Assembly: GCA_036149055.1 (NCBI GenBank)
Contig: JAYZQJ010000120.1
Span: 1 to 44,779 of the forward strand
Source: Myxococcota bacterium
GTDB lineage: Bacteria; Myxococcota_A; Polyangia; Polyangiales; Sandaracinaceae
Length of the DNA stretch: 44,779 nt
Direction: 5' to 3'
The notes under the pieces were generated by a model. It saw nothing but the letters and a program-made list of their open reading frames with translations, ran no database searches and was not told where the DNA came from. This document shows positions 1 through 12,602 of this stretch, one piece after another (the first letter of the stretch is position 1; every line of letters starts with the position of its first letter). The translations under genes and the position numbers were made by a program.

Positions 1-44
1 GGGGGCGCCCCCGCCCGCCGGCCCGCGGCGGGGGGGGCGGCGCG

Positions 45-97
<53 letters not shown>

Positions 98-98
<1 letters not shown>

Positions 99-994
99 TA
101 AAAGTAATAGAGCGCCGTCAGCGAGCCGAGGAAGATGTCCCACGGCTCACCCTGCACGCTCGTGCCGAAGCCCCACACGTCGAGCGACGATGCCGGCGCG
201 CCGGCCCGGCTCTCGCCGATGCCGACCGAGCGGTAGTCGAAGTACAGGCCCACGCCCGCCTGGAGCGAGAGCTGCGGCACGTCGATGAAGCCGAAGTGGA
301 TCTCCGCGCCGACGCGGCCGCCGATCTGGAAGAGGAAGCCGTTTCGGCCCTGATCCTGGTCCGAGCTCGCGCCGAAGAAGGTGCCGCCGACGCCCCCGAT
401 GTTCAGCTCGGGGATGATCAGGAACTTGTAGTGCTCGGCGTGGAAGATCGCGAGCGGCACGCCGGCGTGGAAGGCGAACGCGAAGGCGTTGTCGGACGGA
501 GCCGACATGCTGCCGCTGCTGACGCTGCCGCCGGAGAAGCTGAGGCCGAAGCCGAGATCCACGCCCACCAGCTCCGAGATCCAGATCCGGGCGCCCAGGG
601 TGGGCGCGCTCAGGGTCCCGATCTCACCCATGCGGTTCACGGTCGGGACGCCGAGCAGGCCCATGAAGCCCACGCCCACGTGACCCACCGCGTGGCGCGC
701 GTGATCGCTCTGGCCGTCGGACGGCTCCGCGGCGCTCGACGCGGCGGGCGGCGGGCTCGTGGTGTCGACGGGAGGCGGCGTCTCGGCCTGCGCCTGCTGC
801 CCGGTCGGGCCGCCCTGATACCAGGGCTGCTGCTGGGGCGGCGGCTGCTGCTGCTGGGGCGGCGGGCTCTGGGTGTCGTCGGGCGGCGGGACCCAGACGC
901 CCCCCGCCTCGGGATCGATGTCCTGGGCGGCGGCCACGCTCGCGAGGCCGAGGGTGAGGAGGGTGGAGATCGCGGTGAAACGAAGCTTGTTCAT
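98..994 (-). CDS. Secreted outer-membrane beta-barrel-like protein with Pro/Gln-rich N-terminal linker
   Basis: ATG at 994 preceded by GAGGA; signal peptide MNKLRFTAISTLLTLGLASVAAA; PPPQQQQ tract; alternating hydrophobic/Gly strands; C-terminal aromatic LYYF typical of BAM substrates. Confidence 0.7.
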
Positions 995-1128
995 GTCGCT
1001 GGTCCTCGGGAGGTCGGGCACGTCCGGGGTCGCGGTCATCTACGGCGCGCTGCGCCCAGCCTTCCCCCGACGGCCGCACGCGCTTAGCACGTCCGCTTCA
1101 TCCCAGTCACACGTCGCCGATCGGATAC

Positions 1129-3138
1129 GTGTATGATGACGGCGTGACTGAAGAACGAAGGCGCGCCAGCCGCCTCTCCACCTCCGCCCGGATCCTGTGG
1201 CGGGCCGAGGGGGACGACTTCCTCCAGCTCGATCGGGTCCGAGACGTCAGCGAATCCGGGGCCTTCGTGGTCACCGACGCGGTCCCGGCCGAGGGCGCGG
1301 TGCTCGACGTGGAGCTGCACGACGAGGCCGGCACCACGCTCGCCTCGGGGCGCGCGCGGGTGGTGCGGGTCGCGCCGGACGGAGTCGGGATCGCGTTCGT
1401 CGATCTCACCGTGGACGCCTCCAAGGTGTCAGAGACGATGCCACCTCCCATGCCGCCGCCGCTCCCCTCGAAGCCGCCGGCGGTCGAGCAGGAGTGGCGG
1501 GCCCCGGAGCTCGAGCCGCTCTCGGTGCCGCGACCCGAGGGCGTGGTCATCGGTATCGATCTCGGTACGACCAACACCTGCGCCTCCTACGTCGTCGACG
1601 GGCGCCCGGTGATCATCCCGGGGCGCACGGGGGGCAACACCATCCCCTCGATGGTGAGCTTCGACGCCGACGGGCGGATCCACGTCGGCCAGCGCGCGGC
1701 GGACCGGCAGATCCTGCATCCCCGGCGCACCGTCTACGGCTCCAAGCGCCTGATCGGGCGCACCTGGCAGGAGGACGTCGCCGCCGACGCGCAGGGCCAC
1801 TTCGCCTTCCCGCTCGCGGAGGCGGAGGGCCAGCGCTTCGGCATCGACCTCGGGGACCGCGTGGTCAGCATGGACGCGATCGCGGCCCAGGTGCTCCGCG
1901 ACGTGCGCAGCACCGCCGAGGACTTCCTCGGGCACCGGGTCGGCGCGGCCGTCATCACGGTGCCGGCCTACTTCAGCGAGGTCCAGCGCGAGGCGGTGCG
2001 CCGCGCGGCGGCGATGGCCGAGCTGACCGTGCACCGCATCGTCAACGAGCCCACCGCGGCCGCGGTCGCCTACGGGCACGCGCGAGGAGAGGAGTCGCGG
2101 GTGGCGGTCTGGGACTTCGGGGGCGGCACCTTCGACTTCTCGGTCGTCGACATCCGGCACGAGCGCTACGAGGTGGTGGCGACCGGGGGCGACAACTTCG
2201 TCGGCGGAGGCGACTTCGACGACACGCTCGCCGGCGCGATCTTCGAGCGCTTCCTGGCCGACGCCGGGATCGAGGAGATGGAGCCGAGCCCGCAGCAGGT
2301 GGCCCGGCTGCGCGAGGTGGCGGAGCTCTGCAAGCGCGCGCTCAGCGTGCAGACCGAGTTCGACGTGCGGCTGCCGGAGTTCTCGCGCGAGCCGCGGCGC
2401 GACCTCTTCGTGACGGTGACGCGCGAGGAGCTCGAGGCGTGGACGCGGCCGCTCGTCGAGCGCACCCTGACCATCGCCCGCGGCGTCCTCCTCTCGGCCT
2501 CGATCCTGCCGGAGGAGATCGACGACGTGGTGCTGGTCGGCGGGACCACGCGCATCCCGGCGGTGCGCCGCGCGGTGGCCGAGCTCTTCGGCCGTCGCCC
2601 GAGCCAGCGCATCAACCCCGACGAGGCGGTGGCGCTCGGCGCGGCGCTGCTGGGGCACGAGATCGCGGGCGGCGGGCCCGTCCTGCTGGATCTGCTGCCG
2701 ATGACGGTGGGGCACGCGCTCGACGGGCGGCTCTTCGAGCCGGTCGTGAAGCGGAACGCGCGCCTGCCCTGCGACGAGGTGCTCACGCTGACCGCCGACG
2801 CGGGAGGCCTCGTGCAGCTGCCGCTCTTCCAGGGCGAGTCGCCCGACGTGGCGCAGGACGAGTACCTCTGCACGGTGGTGGTCGAGGACGCGCGGCTCGG
2901 CGGCGGGGAGCGGGCTCAGGTGCGGCTGAGCTTCGACGAGCACTGCGTGATGGCGGTGGACGCCTTCCACGAGCGCTCCGGCGCCCCGCTCGCCCTCCGG
3001 CTGGATCGAGAGCGACCCCTCGAGGAGATCCTCGCGGCGCTCGGCGCCTTCGACGGCCCCGACCGGGGCGCGACCTGGCAGCTGCCGGAGACCCGCATCA
3101 GCAAGGTGCTCGGCAAGCTCTTCGGCTGGTTGCGGTGA
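1129..3138 (+). CDS. PilZ domain-Hsp70 (DnaK-like) fusion protein
   Basis: N-terminal RRRASR (RxxxR) and DVSESG (DxSxxG) PilZ motifs; Pro-rich linker; Hsp70 motifs GIDLGTTNT, TVPAYF, NEPTAAA, DFGGGTFD, VGGTTRIP, NPDEAVALGAA. Short substrate-binding region with no evident full lid. Start could be GTG 1144. Confidence 0.9.
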   Translation: MYDDGVTEERRRASRLSTSARILWRAEGDDFLQLDRVRDVSESGAFVVTDAVPAEGAVLDVELHDEAGTTLASGRARVVRVAPDGVGIAFVDLTVDASKVSETMPPPMPPPLPSKPPAVEQEWRAPELEPLSVPRPEGVVIGIDLGTTNTCASYVVDGRPVIIPGRTGGNTIPSMVSFDADGRIHVGQRAADRQILHPRRTVYGSKRLIGRTWQEDVAADAQGHFAFPLAEAEGQRFGIDLGDRVVSMDAIAAQVLRDVRSTAEDFLGHRVGAAVITVPAYFSEVQREAVRRAAAMAELTVHRIVNEPTAAAVAYGHARGEESRVAVWDFGGGTFDFSVVDIRHERYEVVATGGDNFVGGGDFDDTLAGAIFERFLADAGIEEMEPSPQQVARLREVAELCKRALSVQTEFDVRLPEFSREPRRDLFVTVTREELEAWTRPLVERTLTIARGVLLSASILPEEIDDVVLVGGTTRIPAVRRAVAELFGRRPSQRINPDEAVALGAALLGHEIAGGGPVLLDLLPMTVGHALDGRLFEPVVKRNARLPCDEVLTLTADAGGLVQLPLFQGESPDVAQDEYLCTVVVEDARLGGGERAQVRLSFDEHCVMAVDAFHERSGAPLALRLDRERPLEEILAALGAFDGPDRGATWQLPETRISKVLGKLFGWLR

Positions 3139-3148
3139 GGGCGGCCGC

Positions 3149-4498
3149 TCACCCGAGCTGCTTGGCCTGACGCAGGAGCGCGATGGCCTCGTCGCGCCGG
3201 CCGGCGTCCGCGGCGGCCCAGCCGGCGTGCCGGAGGTGGAGGGCGAGCGCGCGCCGGGCGTCGGGCTCGCGGCGGGCGGCGGCGCGGCGGAGGAGCGCGA
3301 GCGACAGCTCGGGATCGGTGTCGTACAGCGCGTCCGAGAGATCGAGGTAGCCGCGGGGCGGGGGCTCTCCCGGCGCCTCCATCGCGGCGCGGGCGAGGCG
3401 CGCGGCCCTGGCGCCCGCGGTCCCGGCCGCCCGGATGGCCGCGGTCCAGAGCGGCGCCTCGACGCGCGCCCCGGCCTCGAGCGAGCCGATGGCCTCGTCG
3501 AGGTGGGCCGACAGCTCCTCGGGGTGCGCCTCCGCCGCGTGCAGCGCGGCGAGCCCGAGCCAGCCGGGGAGGGCGCGCGGGTCCTCGGGGCGCGGGCCGG
3601 GCGGGGCGCCCTCGAGCGCGGCGCGAGCCCGCGGGAGGAACGCCTCGGCCACCGGATCGGTGTGGGCGGCGGCCGCCGCCGACAGCGAGGTCAGCGCGTC
3701 GAGCTGCTCGCGCGCCACCGCGGCGCCCACCGGATCGGGGTGCCGGGCGAGCACCGCGCGCGCCCGATCGACCTCGACCGGATCGAGCGCGCTCGCCCAG
3801 GCGTCGACGTGGGCGGCGGTGATCGCGACCGCCATCGGATCGCCGCCCTCGGCCAGCCGCTCGAGCGCGTCCAGGGCGGCGGCCCGTCGGTAGCGCCCGG
3901 GCGCGGCGAGGGCCGCGACCGCCACCGCGAGGCGATCCGCGGGCGGCGCGTCGTCCGCGGGGAGCAGGCCGGCGGCGAGGCGCGCGGCGGCGTCCCGATC
4001 GCCCGGCTCGCCGCGTCGCCAGAGCACCCGGACCTCGCGGATCGCGGCCGCGCGCCGGAGCTTGGGCTGCTCGAGCCCCCGCCGCGCGGCCCGGCGGTAG
4101 GCCTCGAGGGCGGCCGGGAGCTCGCCGAGGGCCTCCCGCGCGCGGCCCACCGCGTAGGCGGCGCTCGCCTCGTCGTAGGTCCCCGCGCACCGGCGCAGCT
4201 CGGCCTCGGCCACCCGCGCCGCCGCCCCCGGTCGGCCGTCGATCAGCGCGCGCACGAGCAGCCGCGCGTCGCGGTGTCGGGCCCCGCGCTCGTCGGCCCA
4301 GCGCTCGCAGAGCCCCTCGAGCGTCTCGGGCTCGAGCTCCGCGGCCAGCCCCATCGCCCGCGCGAACGCCTGCGAGCGGCCGGCGCCCGGCGGCATCGGA
4401 TCGAGCAGCGGCAGCAGGGCCCGGAGCGCGGCCCGCTTGCCGAGCCCGCGCTCGAGCCGGTCGACGCCCCCGAGGGCGAGCTCGTCGAGGAGTCCCAA
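3149..4498 (-). CDS. Ala/Arg-rich helical repeat (TPR-like) hypothetical protein
   Basis: TTG start with GGAG upstream, 15 nt after the Hsp70 stop; TPR-like segments such as AAYAVGRAREALGELPAALEAYRRAA and AGRRDEAIALLRQA. Confidence 0.65.
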   Translation of the reverse strand: MGLLDELALGGVDRLERGLGKRAALRALLPLLDPMPPGAGRSQAFARAMGLAAELEPETLEGLCERWADERGARHRDARLLVRALIDGRPGAAARVAEAELRRCAGTYDEASAAYAVGRAREALGELPAALEAYRRAARRGLEQPKLRRAAAIREVRVLWRRGEPGDRDAAARLAAGLLPADDAPPADRLAVAVAALAAPGRYRRAAALDALERLAEGGDPMAVAITAAHVDAWASALDPVEVDRARAVLARHPDPVGAAVAREQLDALTSLSAAAAAHTDPVAEAFLPRARAALEGAPPGPRPEDPRALPGWLGLAALHAAEAHPEELSAHLDEAIGSLEAGARVEAPLWTAAIRAAGTAGARAARLARAAMEAPGEPPPRGYLDLSDALYDTDPELSLALLRRAAARREPDARRALALHLRHAGWAAADAGRRDEAIALLRQAKQLG

Positions 4499-4513
4499 GC
4501 TCAGCGCTCCATC

Positions 4514-7078
<2,565 letters not shown>

Positions 7079-7119
7079 CTCCCGGGGCGATCCTTACCGC
7101 CTGGAGGCGTCCGCGTCGA

Positions 7120-7491
7120 TCAGCGCAGCCACGGATCGTCGGCCGGGGCCACGTCGGGGATCGGCGCGCGGGCCTCGCGCTCCAGGCCGAGGGCGCGGAC
7201 GAGCGAGGGGCGGAGCACGAGATCCGACAGCTCCAGGGCCCGGTGGGCGCGCCGCGGGGCGGGGGGCGGCGGCGGGGGCGCGCCGGCCGCGCCGTGGGAG
7301 TCCGGGTGGGCCTCGAGCGCGGCCCGCAGACGATCGCGGGGGTGCATGGTGAGCGCCTCCCACGCGGCCCGGATCGTGGCGCGCGTCTCCTCGTCGGGCG
7401 CGTCCTCGGCCAGCTCCCGCAGCCGCTCGGTGATCGCCTGCGGGCCCTGCATCGGGTCCAGATCCCAGCGCTCGAAGGGGTTATCCGCCAT
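7120..7491 (-). CDS. Small J-domain-like (DnaJ-like) protein, canonical HPD replaced by APD
   Basis: NPFERWDL..QAITERLRELAEDAPD..TIRAAWEALT.HPRDR aligns by eye with the J-domain consensus DYYEILGV..EIKKAYRKLA..HPD..EINEAYEVLSDPEKR; lies immediately upstream of the Hsp70. Confidence 0.6.
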   Translation of the reverse strand: MADNPFERWDLDPMQGPQAITERLRELAEDAPDEETRATIRAAWEALTMHPRDRLRAALEAHPDSHGAAGAPPPPPPAPRRAHRALELSDLVLRPSLVRALGLEREARAPIPDVAPADDPWLR

Positions 7492-8701
7492 CGATCTTCC
7501 TCCCCTTGGCCTCGAGCCGGAGCTTGGCGTCGGGCAGCCGCTTGAGCTGCGGGTAGAGCGACTCCGCGCGCCGCACGTCGGCCTCGGCCCGGTCGAGCGT
7601 CTCGGCCTGGTTCCAGGGCGAGACGGTGTCGAGCGCGCGCATCGCCCGGTGCACGAGCAGGTCGGCGAGGATCAGGCTGCCGTTGCGGTGGGTCGGGCAG
7701 AGGGCCACGGCGCGCTCGGCGTCCCGGAGCTGCTCCTCGAGGGTCGGCGCGACCTCGGCCGAGAAGACGTACATCTGGGCGCAGGGCGCGGCGTAGGCGA
7801 GCTTCGAGGGGTCGCGCTCGATGCGCCGCGCGAGGCTCTCGGTGGGCTCCGAGAGCGGCCGGAGCAGGGCCCGCACGTCGTCCCACCGGCGGTCGCGGTA
7901 GCGGTCCCAGAGCACCGAGGTCACCCGCTGCACGAGGAAGCGCTCGACCTGCTCGTCCGCGTCGGCCCAGCGCCAGACCGCGACCGCGTCCCAGAGCAGC
8001 GCGACCAGCTCGTCGGTCGGGGCGTCGCGCGTGATCGCCTCCTCGAGCGACCCGTCGACCCGGGCCACGGCCGCGTCCACCGCGGCGGCCCGGGCGCGGC
8101 GGGCTCGCGCGACGGCCTTGCGGGTCACGGCCTCGTCGGCCCGGCCGAGGGTGCACGCCTCCTCGACCCGGCCGAGGACCCGGAGCGCCGCCGCCGCGCG
8201 GTCGGTGAGCTCGCGCGCCCCGGCGAGCGCCTCGGCGCCGAGCCCGTCGATCGGCCCGAACGGCGCCTCGGCCGTCGCGCGCTCCACCTCTCGCGCCGGG
8301 AGCGCGTCCCGCGCCACCGCCCGGCCGACCTGGAGCAGGTACGTTTGCTCGGTGGCGAGGAAGAGCCACATGCCCAGCGAGCGGATCCGGGCGCGCTCGG
8401 CGCCGGTCGCGTCGGCGAGCCTGCCGTGGAGGAGCGCGAGGTGGTGGGCCAGGGCCGGGGAGAGGGCGGCCGGATCCGGCTGGGTGACCGCGCGCAGCAG
8501 CGGCGCGAGCTCACCGCGGTCGGCTCGCTCGATGGCCAGCGCGCCCTCGGTGCTCCGGCGGAGGCACACGAAGAGCCCCGCGGCCCGCGGGTGCGGGAGG
8601 GGCGCGTCCTCGCCCGCGAGCCCGCGCCAGAGCGAGGCCAGCCGGGCCTCGTCCTCGAGCCGCGTGAGCCGCGCGTCGTCTGCCTCTCGCCAGGCCTTCA
8701 C
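7481..8701 (-). CDS. Helical/TPR-like hypothetical protein (406 aa)
   Basis: Coding-like 3' part of ORF 7481..11521; GTG at 8701 overlaps the UPF0182 stop (GTGA); TPR-like DAERAVALCPTHRN and AEADVRRAESLYP; overlaps the next gene by 11 nt. Confidence 0.7.
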   Translation of the reverse strand: MKAWREADDARLTRLEDEARLASLWRGLAGEDAPLPHPRAAGLFVCLRRSTEGALAIERADRGELAPLLRAVTQPDPAALSPALAHHLALLHGRLADATGAERARIRSLGMWLFLATEQTYLLQVGRAVARDALPAREVERATAEAPFGPIDGLGAEALAGARELTDRAAAALRVLGRVEEACTLGRADEAVTRKAVARARRARAAAVDAAVARVDGSLEEAITRDAPTDELVALLWDAVAVWRWADADEQVERFLVQRVTSVLWDRYRDRRWDDVRALLRPLSEPTESLARRIERDPSKLAYAAPCAQMYVFSAEVAPTLEEQLRDAERAVALCPTHRNGSLILADLLVHRAMRALDTVSPWNQAETLDRAEADVRRAESLYPQLKRLPDAKLRLEAKGRKIDGG

Positions 8702-11466
8702 GGATCGGGAGTCTGCCCCGTCTCGCCCTCGTCGGTCGAGGGCTGCATCGCGCGCAGCGCCGCCTCGACCCGCTCGATCTCCTCGCCGTAGCGGGCCCAG
8801 TCCCCGCGTCGCTGGGCGGCCACCGCCTCCTCGAAGTGCCGCAGCGCGCGCACCCGGGGGTCGCCGGCCTCGTCCGGCGCGGGCGGCGGCGCGGTCTCCT
8901 CGGTGGGCGGAGGCGCGGCCTCGACCGGGGCGGCCGCGACCGGCGCGGCCTGACCGAACACCTGCGCGATCGCGAGGTCGAGGGTCTCGGCCATCGCGAT
9001 CCGGTTCTCGTGCACCACGATCACGCGCTTGAGCTGCGGGATCCGGCCGCCCTCCGAGCGCAGGTAGAGCGGCAGCACGTAGATCAGCGACTCCTCGATC
9101 GGGATCACGAGCAGGGTGCCGAAGTCCGCCTGGGAGCCGCGCTGGTCCCAGAGCGACAGCTGCTGCGAGATCTCGGCGTCCTGGTTGATGCGGTTGAGCA
9201 CCTGCTGCGGCCCGTAGACGAGGCGGTCGTTCGGGAACTCGTAGACGCGCAGCTGGCCGAGCTGCGCGCCGTCGTTGCGGGCCACCATCCAGGCGGCGAG
9301 GTTGTCCTTCCGCGCCGGGGTGAAGGGCAGCATGAGGATGAACTCGGGGTCCTCCTCGCCCGGCAGCCGCATCACCGTGTAGTAGGGCTCCATCGGCTCG
9401 CTCCGCTGCCCGCGGCGGAGCGAAGGGATCTCCCACTGGTCCTCCCGGTTGTAGAGCAGCTCGGGGCTGTCCATGTGGAAGGTCGACAGCATCTGCGCCT
9501 GCAGGTGGAAGACGTCGATCGGGTAGCGGAGGTGGCGCCGCAGATCCGCGGGCATCTCGTCCATGTCGGTGAAGAGGCGCGGGAAGATCCGCCGCCAGGT
9601 CGCGAGGATCGGGTCGTCCTCGTCCGCGACGTAGAGGGTGACGGTGCCGTCGTAGGCGTCGACGACCACCTTCACGCTGTTGCGCACGTAGTTGAGGCGG
9701 CGGTCGGGGGCGCGGCGGCTGTAGGGGTAGCGGTCGCTGGTGGTGTAGGCGTCGACGATCCAAGCGAGCGTGCCGTCCTCGCGCACGACGAGGTACGGGT
9801 CGGCGTCGAGCGCGAGGAAGGGCGCGAGCTGGGCGACGCGCTCCTCGACGCGGCGGTGCAGGAGCACCCGGCTCTCGGAGGAGAGGTCGTCGCTGAAGAG
9901 CACCTTGGCCTCGCCGGTGCGGATGGCGAGGGCGGCGCGGAGCAGGCGCGAGTCGAGCCGCACGCCCGCGCGCCCCTCGTAGTCGGCGTAGACGTTGGCC
10001 TCCGCCGAGGGGTGGTCGAACTCGCGGTTCGCCGTGCCGACGAAGGCGTAGTCGTTCGACAGCTCGCCGAAGTAGATCTGCGGCCGCGTCACCTCGACCC
10101 GCGGCATCGAGGAGACCGGCGGGATGTCCTGCACGAAGAGCACCGGGAGGCCCTCGTCGTCCGCGCGGTTCACCGGCCCGAGCGTGACCCCGTAGCCGTG
10201 GGTGAAGGTGAAGTGCTCGTTGATCCAGGTCCGGTTGGGCAGGCTCTCGCTCGAGAGCTCGCGCGGCGAGAGCATCGTCTGGCGCAGCTCGCCGTCGATG
10301 ACGTAGCGGTCGTTGTCGACGCTGACGAAGTCGTAGTAGGTGCGGATCTCCTGGATCTGCCCGAACGTGTCGAGGAGCGGGCGGTGATCCCAGAGCCGGA
10401 TGTTGTCGATCGTCTCGCGGTTGGCCTCGACGTCCGCCAAGGACAGGCCGAGCTCGCCGCTCAGCTCGCGGGTCTCCATGCCGCTCAGCCCGAAGGCGGC
10501 CCGGGTCGCTTCGATCTCGGTCTCGATGAACGGCCGCTCCCGCTCGAGCTCGTTCGGCTCGACGACGTAGGTCTGCACCATCGTCGGGTAGAGGCCGCGC
10601 CCCAGCACCCCCACCGCGAGGTAGAGGCCGATCGCGGCCCAGACGAGGACCAGCCGGCGCCGGGTCGCGCTGAAGAGCACGAGCGCGCCCGAGACGCAGG
10701 CCACCGCGAGCTGCGCCTGGATGAGGGGGAGGCGCGCGTTCACGTCGGTGTAGCCGGCGCCGGCCACGAGCCCCTCCTGCGAGATCACCAGCTGCGCCGA
10801 GGCGAGCCACGCCCCGAACGCGAGCACCCCGAAGAGCGCCGCGCCCAGCGCGCTGAGGTGCACGCGAGCCGCGCGGGTCCCCGCCGGTCGGCGCTCCTTC
10901 CAGCTGACGCTGCCGCGGGCGACGTAGAGGCCGAAGGTGGCCGCGAGCGAGAGGAGCGTGGCCCAGAAGAGGAACGCCCAGACCACGTCGAGGAAGGGCA
11001 GGGTGAAGACGTAGAAGCCGACGTCGCGGCCGAAGAGCGCGTCGACCTCGCCGAACGACTCTCCGTGGGCGAAGAGCAGCCACTCCCGCCAGCGCGCGGC
11101 CCCCACCAGCCCGACGAGGATGCCGAGCCCGAGCGAGACCGGCAGCACGAGCTTCGCGCTCGCGCCCTTCAGGTCGAGGGCCACCGTGCGGGCGCCCTCG
11201 CCGAGGTAGACGGGGGCCTGCCGATCCCGGACCGAGAGCTGCACCGCGAGGCGCAGGTTCCCGTAGAGCACGGCCGCGAAGCTCGCCCCCGCCGCGACGC
11301 CCAGCGCGAGCCGCGCCCAGAGCGGCGTGAGCAGCACGTCCGGGTGCCCCATCGTCTCGAACCAGCGCAGATCCACCCAGAGGCGGGCGAGCGCGGGGGT
11401 CGCGAGGACGGCGAGGGCGAGCGCGGCGGCGGTGAGGCCGAGCGTGATCCGGCGGGATTTCGACAT
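8698..11466 (-). CDS. UPF0182 family membrane protein
   Basis: LWVDLRWFET, DALFGRDVGFYVFTLPF, GYTDVNA, NIRLWD, QIQEIRTYYDF, DRY, FTHGYG, NYVRNSVKVVVDAYDG, HLRYP, GDWARYGEE motifs; multiple N-terminal TM helices. Confidence 0.93.
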   Translation of the reverse strand: MSKSRRITLGLTAAALALAVLATPALARLWVDLRWFETMGHPDVLLTPLWARLALGVAAGASFAAVLYGNLRLAVQLSVRDRQAPVYLGEGARTVALDLKGASAKLVLPVSLGLGILVGLVGAARWREWLLFAHGESFGEVDALFGRDVGFYVFTLPFLDVVWAFLFWATLLSLAATFGLYVARGSVSWKERRPAGTRAARVHLSALGAALFGVLAFGAWLASAQLVISQEGLVAGAGYTDVNARLPLIQAQLAVACVSGALVLFSATRRRLVLVWAAIGLYLAVGVLGRGLYPTMVQTYVVEPNELERERPFIETEIEATRAAFGLSGMETRELSGELGLSLADVEANRETIDNIRLWDHRPLLDTFGQIQEIRTYYDFVSVDNDRYVIDGELRQTMLSPRELSSESLPNRTWINEHFTFTHGYGVTLGPVNRADDEGLPVLFVQDIPPVSSMPRVEVTRPQIYFGELSNDYAFVGTANREFDHPSAEANVYADYEGRAGVRLDSRLLRAALAIRTGEAKVLFSDDLSSESRVLLHRRVEERVAQLAPFLALDADPYLVVREDGTLAWIVDAYTTSDRYPYSRRAPDRRLNYVRNSVKVVVDAYDGTVTLYVADEDDPILATWRRIFPRLFTDMDEMPADLRRHLRYPIDVFHLQAQMLSTFHMDSPELLYNREDQWEIPSLRRGQRSEPMEPYYTVMRLPGEEDPEFILMLPFTPARKDNLAAWMVARNDGAQLGQLRVYEFPNDRLVYGPQQVLNRINQDAEISQQLSLWDQRGSQADFGTLLVIPIEESLIYVLPLYLRSEGGRIPQLKRVIVVHENRIAMAETLDLAIAQVFGQAAPVAAAPVEAAPPPTEETAPPPAPDEAGDPRVRALRHFEEAVAAQRRGDWARYGEEIERVEAALRAMQPSTDEGETGQTPDP

Positions 11467-11521
11467 CGGAGCTCTGATCCAGACGTTGGCGCGACCGCGC
11501 GATCGGCCGCACCCTCAGCAT

Positions 11522-12064
11522 GTGGTCACCGGGAGGCCGAAGCGAAAGGGGAGGGCGTGGAAGAAAGCCACGCTCGTCGGCGCCGCGTTCGCGCTGCTGC
11601 TCGGCGCGCCTCTCCTCGTCTGCGGCCAGCGTCCGACCAGCCTACGCCCCGCGATCGAGGCTCGCTACCCGGACGTCCCCTGGGTGGAGGCGGACGCGCT
11701 GGCCGGGTGGATGCGCGCGGGCGAGGTCCACCTGCTCGACGCGCGTCAGCCCGAGGAGTACCGGGTGAGCCACCTCCGGGGGGCGGCGCGGATCGACCCG
11801 GACGCGCCCGACCTCGCCGCGCTCGACGTGCCTCGAGACGCGCGGGTGGTCGTCTACTGCTCGGTCGGCTGGCGGAGCGGCGGCGTGGCGGACCGGATGC
11901 GGCGGGCCGGCTGGACGGACGTGCACAACCTCGCGGGCGGTATCTTCGCCTGGGCGAACGCCGACCGGCCGGTCTACCGAGGCGAGCGCCGGGCCCGCGC
12001 CGTGCATCCCTACGACGCGACGTGGGGCCGGATGCTGCGCGCGGAGCTCAGAGCACCTCTTTGA
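11522..12064 (+). CDS. Rhodanese-like domain protein with N-terminal membrane anchor
   Basis: LLDARQPEEYRVSHLRGA, active-site loop VVYCSVGWRS, NLAGGIFAW. Start chosen at GTG 11522 (uncertain). Confidence 0.85.
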   Translation: MVTGRPKRKGRAWKKATLVGAAFALLLGAPLLVCGQRPTSLRPAIEARYPDVPWVEADALAGWMRAGEVHLLDARQPEEYRVSHLRGAARIDPDAPDLAALDVPRDARVVVYCSVGWRSGGVADRMRRAGWTDVHNLAGGIFAWANADRPVYRGERRARAVHPYDATWGRMLRAELRAPL

Positions 12065-12482
12065 GCCGCTCCTTGAGGGCGCTGGCGTCGAGGTCGGTCA
12101 GCTCCTTGTCGATCTCCGCGTCGACCAGCTTCGCGGTCGGCCCGTCGAGGTTCTTTCGGAGCAGCCCGAGGAAGCCCGGCTCGGCGACGAGCACCAGGCG
12201 GTGCACGCCCTTCTGCTGACGGAGCTTGCCGAGGGTGTCGGCGACCTCCTTGGCGAAGGTCTGCGCCTCGTGCTCCTTCGCGGAGTGCTCGGGGCGCATC
12301 GCGCGGCTCTGGGGCCCCATGCGCTCGTGCTGGGAGCCGGGGGAGTCGGTGACCAGGTCGCCCTCGTGCAGCCGGGAGGCCGGGTGCGCGAGATCCTGGA
12401 TCTCCTCGAGCGGCTCCGTGCGAGCGTCGAGCCGGAAGAAGCGGGCTTTGGCGCGCTGCGCCACGGTCACGAGGGTGCTCAT
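12048..12482 (-). CDS. Host attachment protein family (baeRF1-related)
   Basis: LVTVAQRAKARFF..HPASRLHEGDLVTDSPG..FAKEVA..LVLVAEPGFLGLLR..EIDKELT matches the Host_attach pattern; GAAGG RBS. Confidence 0.85.
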   Translation of the reverse strand: MSTLVTVAQRAKARFFRLDARTEPLEEIQDLAHPASRLHEGDLVTDSPGSQHERMGPQSRAMRPEHSAKEHEAQTFAKEVADTLGKLRQQKGVHRLVLVAEPGFLGLLRKNLDGPTAKLVDAEIDKELTDLDASALKERLKEVL

Positions 12483-12602
12483 GCCTTCGTAGGTGAGCCC
12501 GGCTCGGGCGTCGTCAACCAGGCGAGCGCGCGCCGGGCGGAGGGGGTAAGCTCCGGGGGCGGGCCGTCGTTCTCCCGCGTGGGGGGGCTACGGAATTCAC
12601 CG

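Noticed and set aside
7481..11521. 1346-aa ORF as a single giant protein
   Set aside because: The 5' two-thirds is an Arg/Pro/Gly-rich off-frame shadow of UPF0182; only 7481..8701 looks coding.
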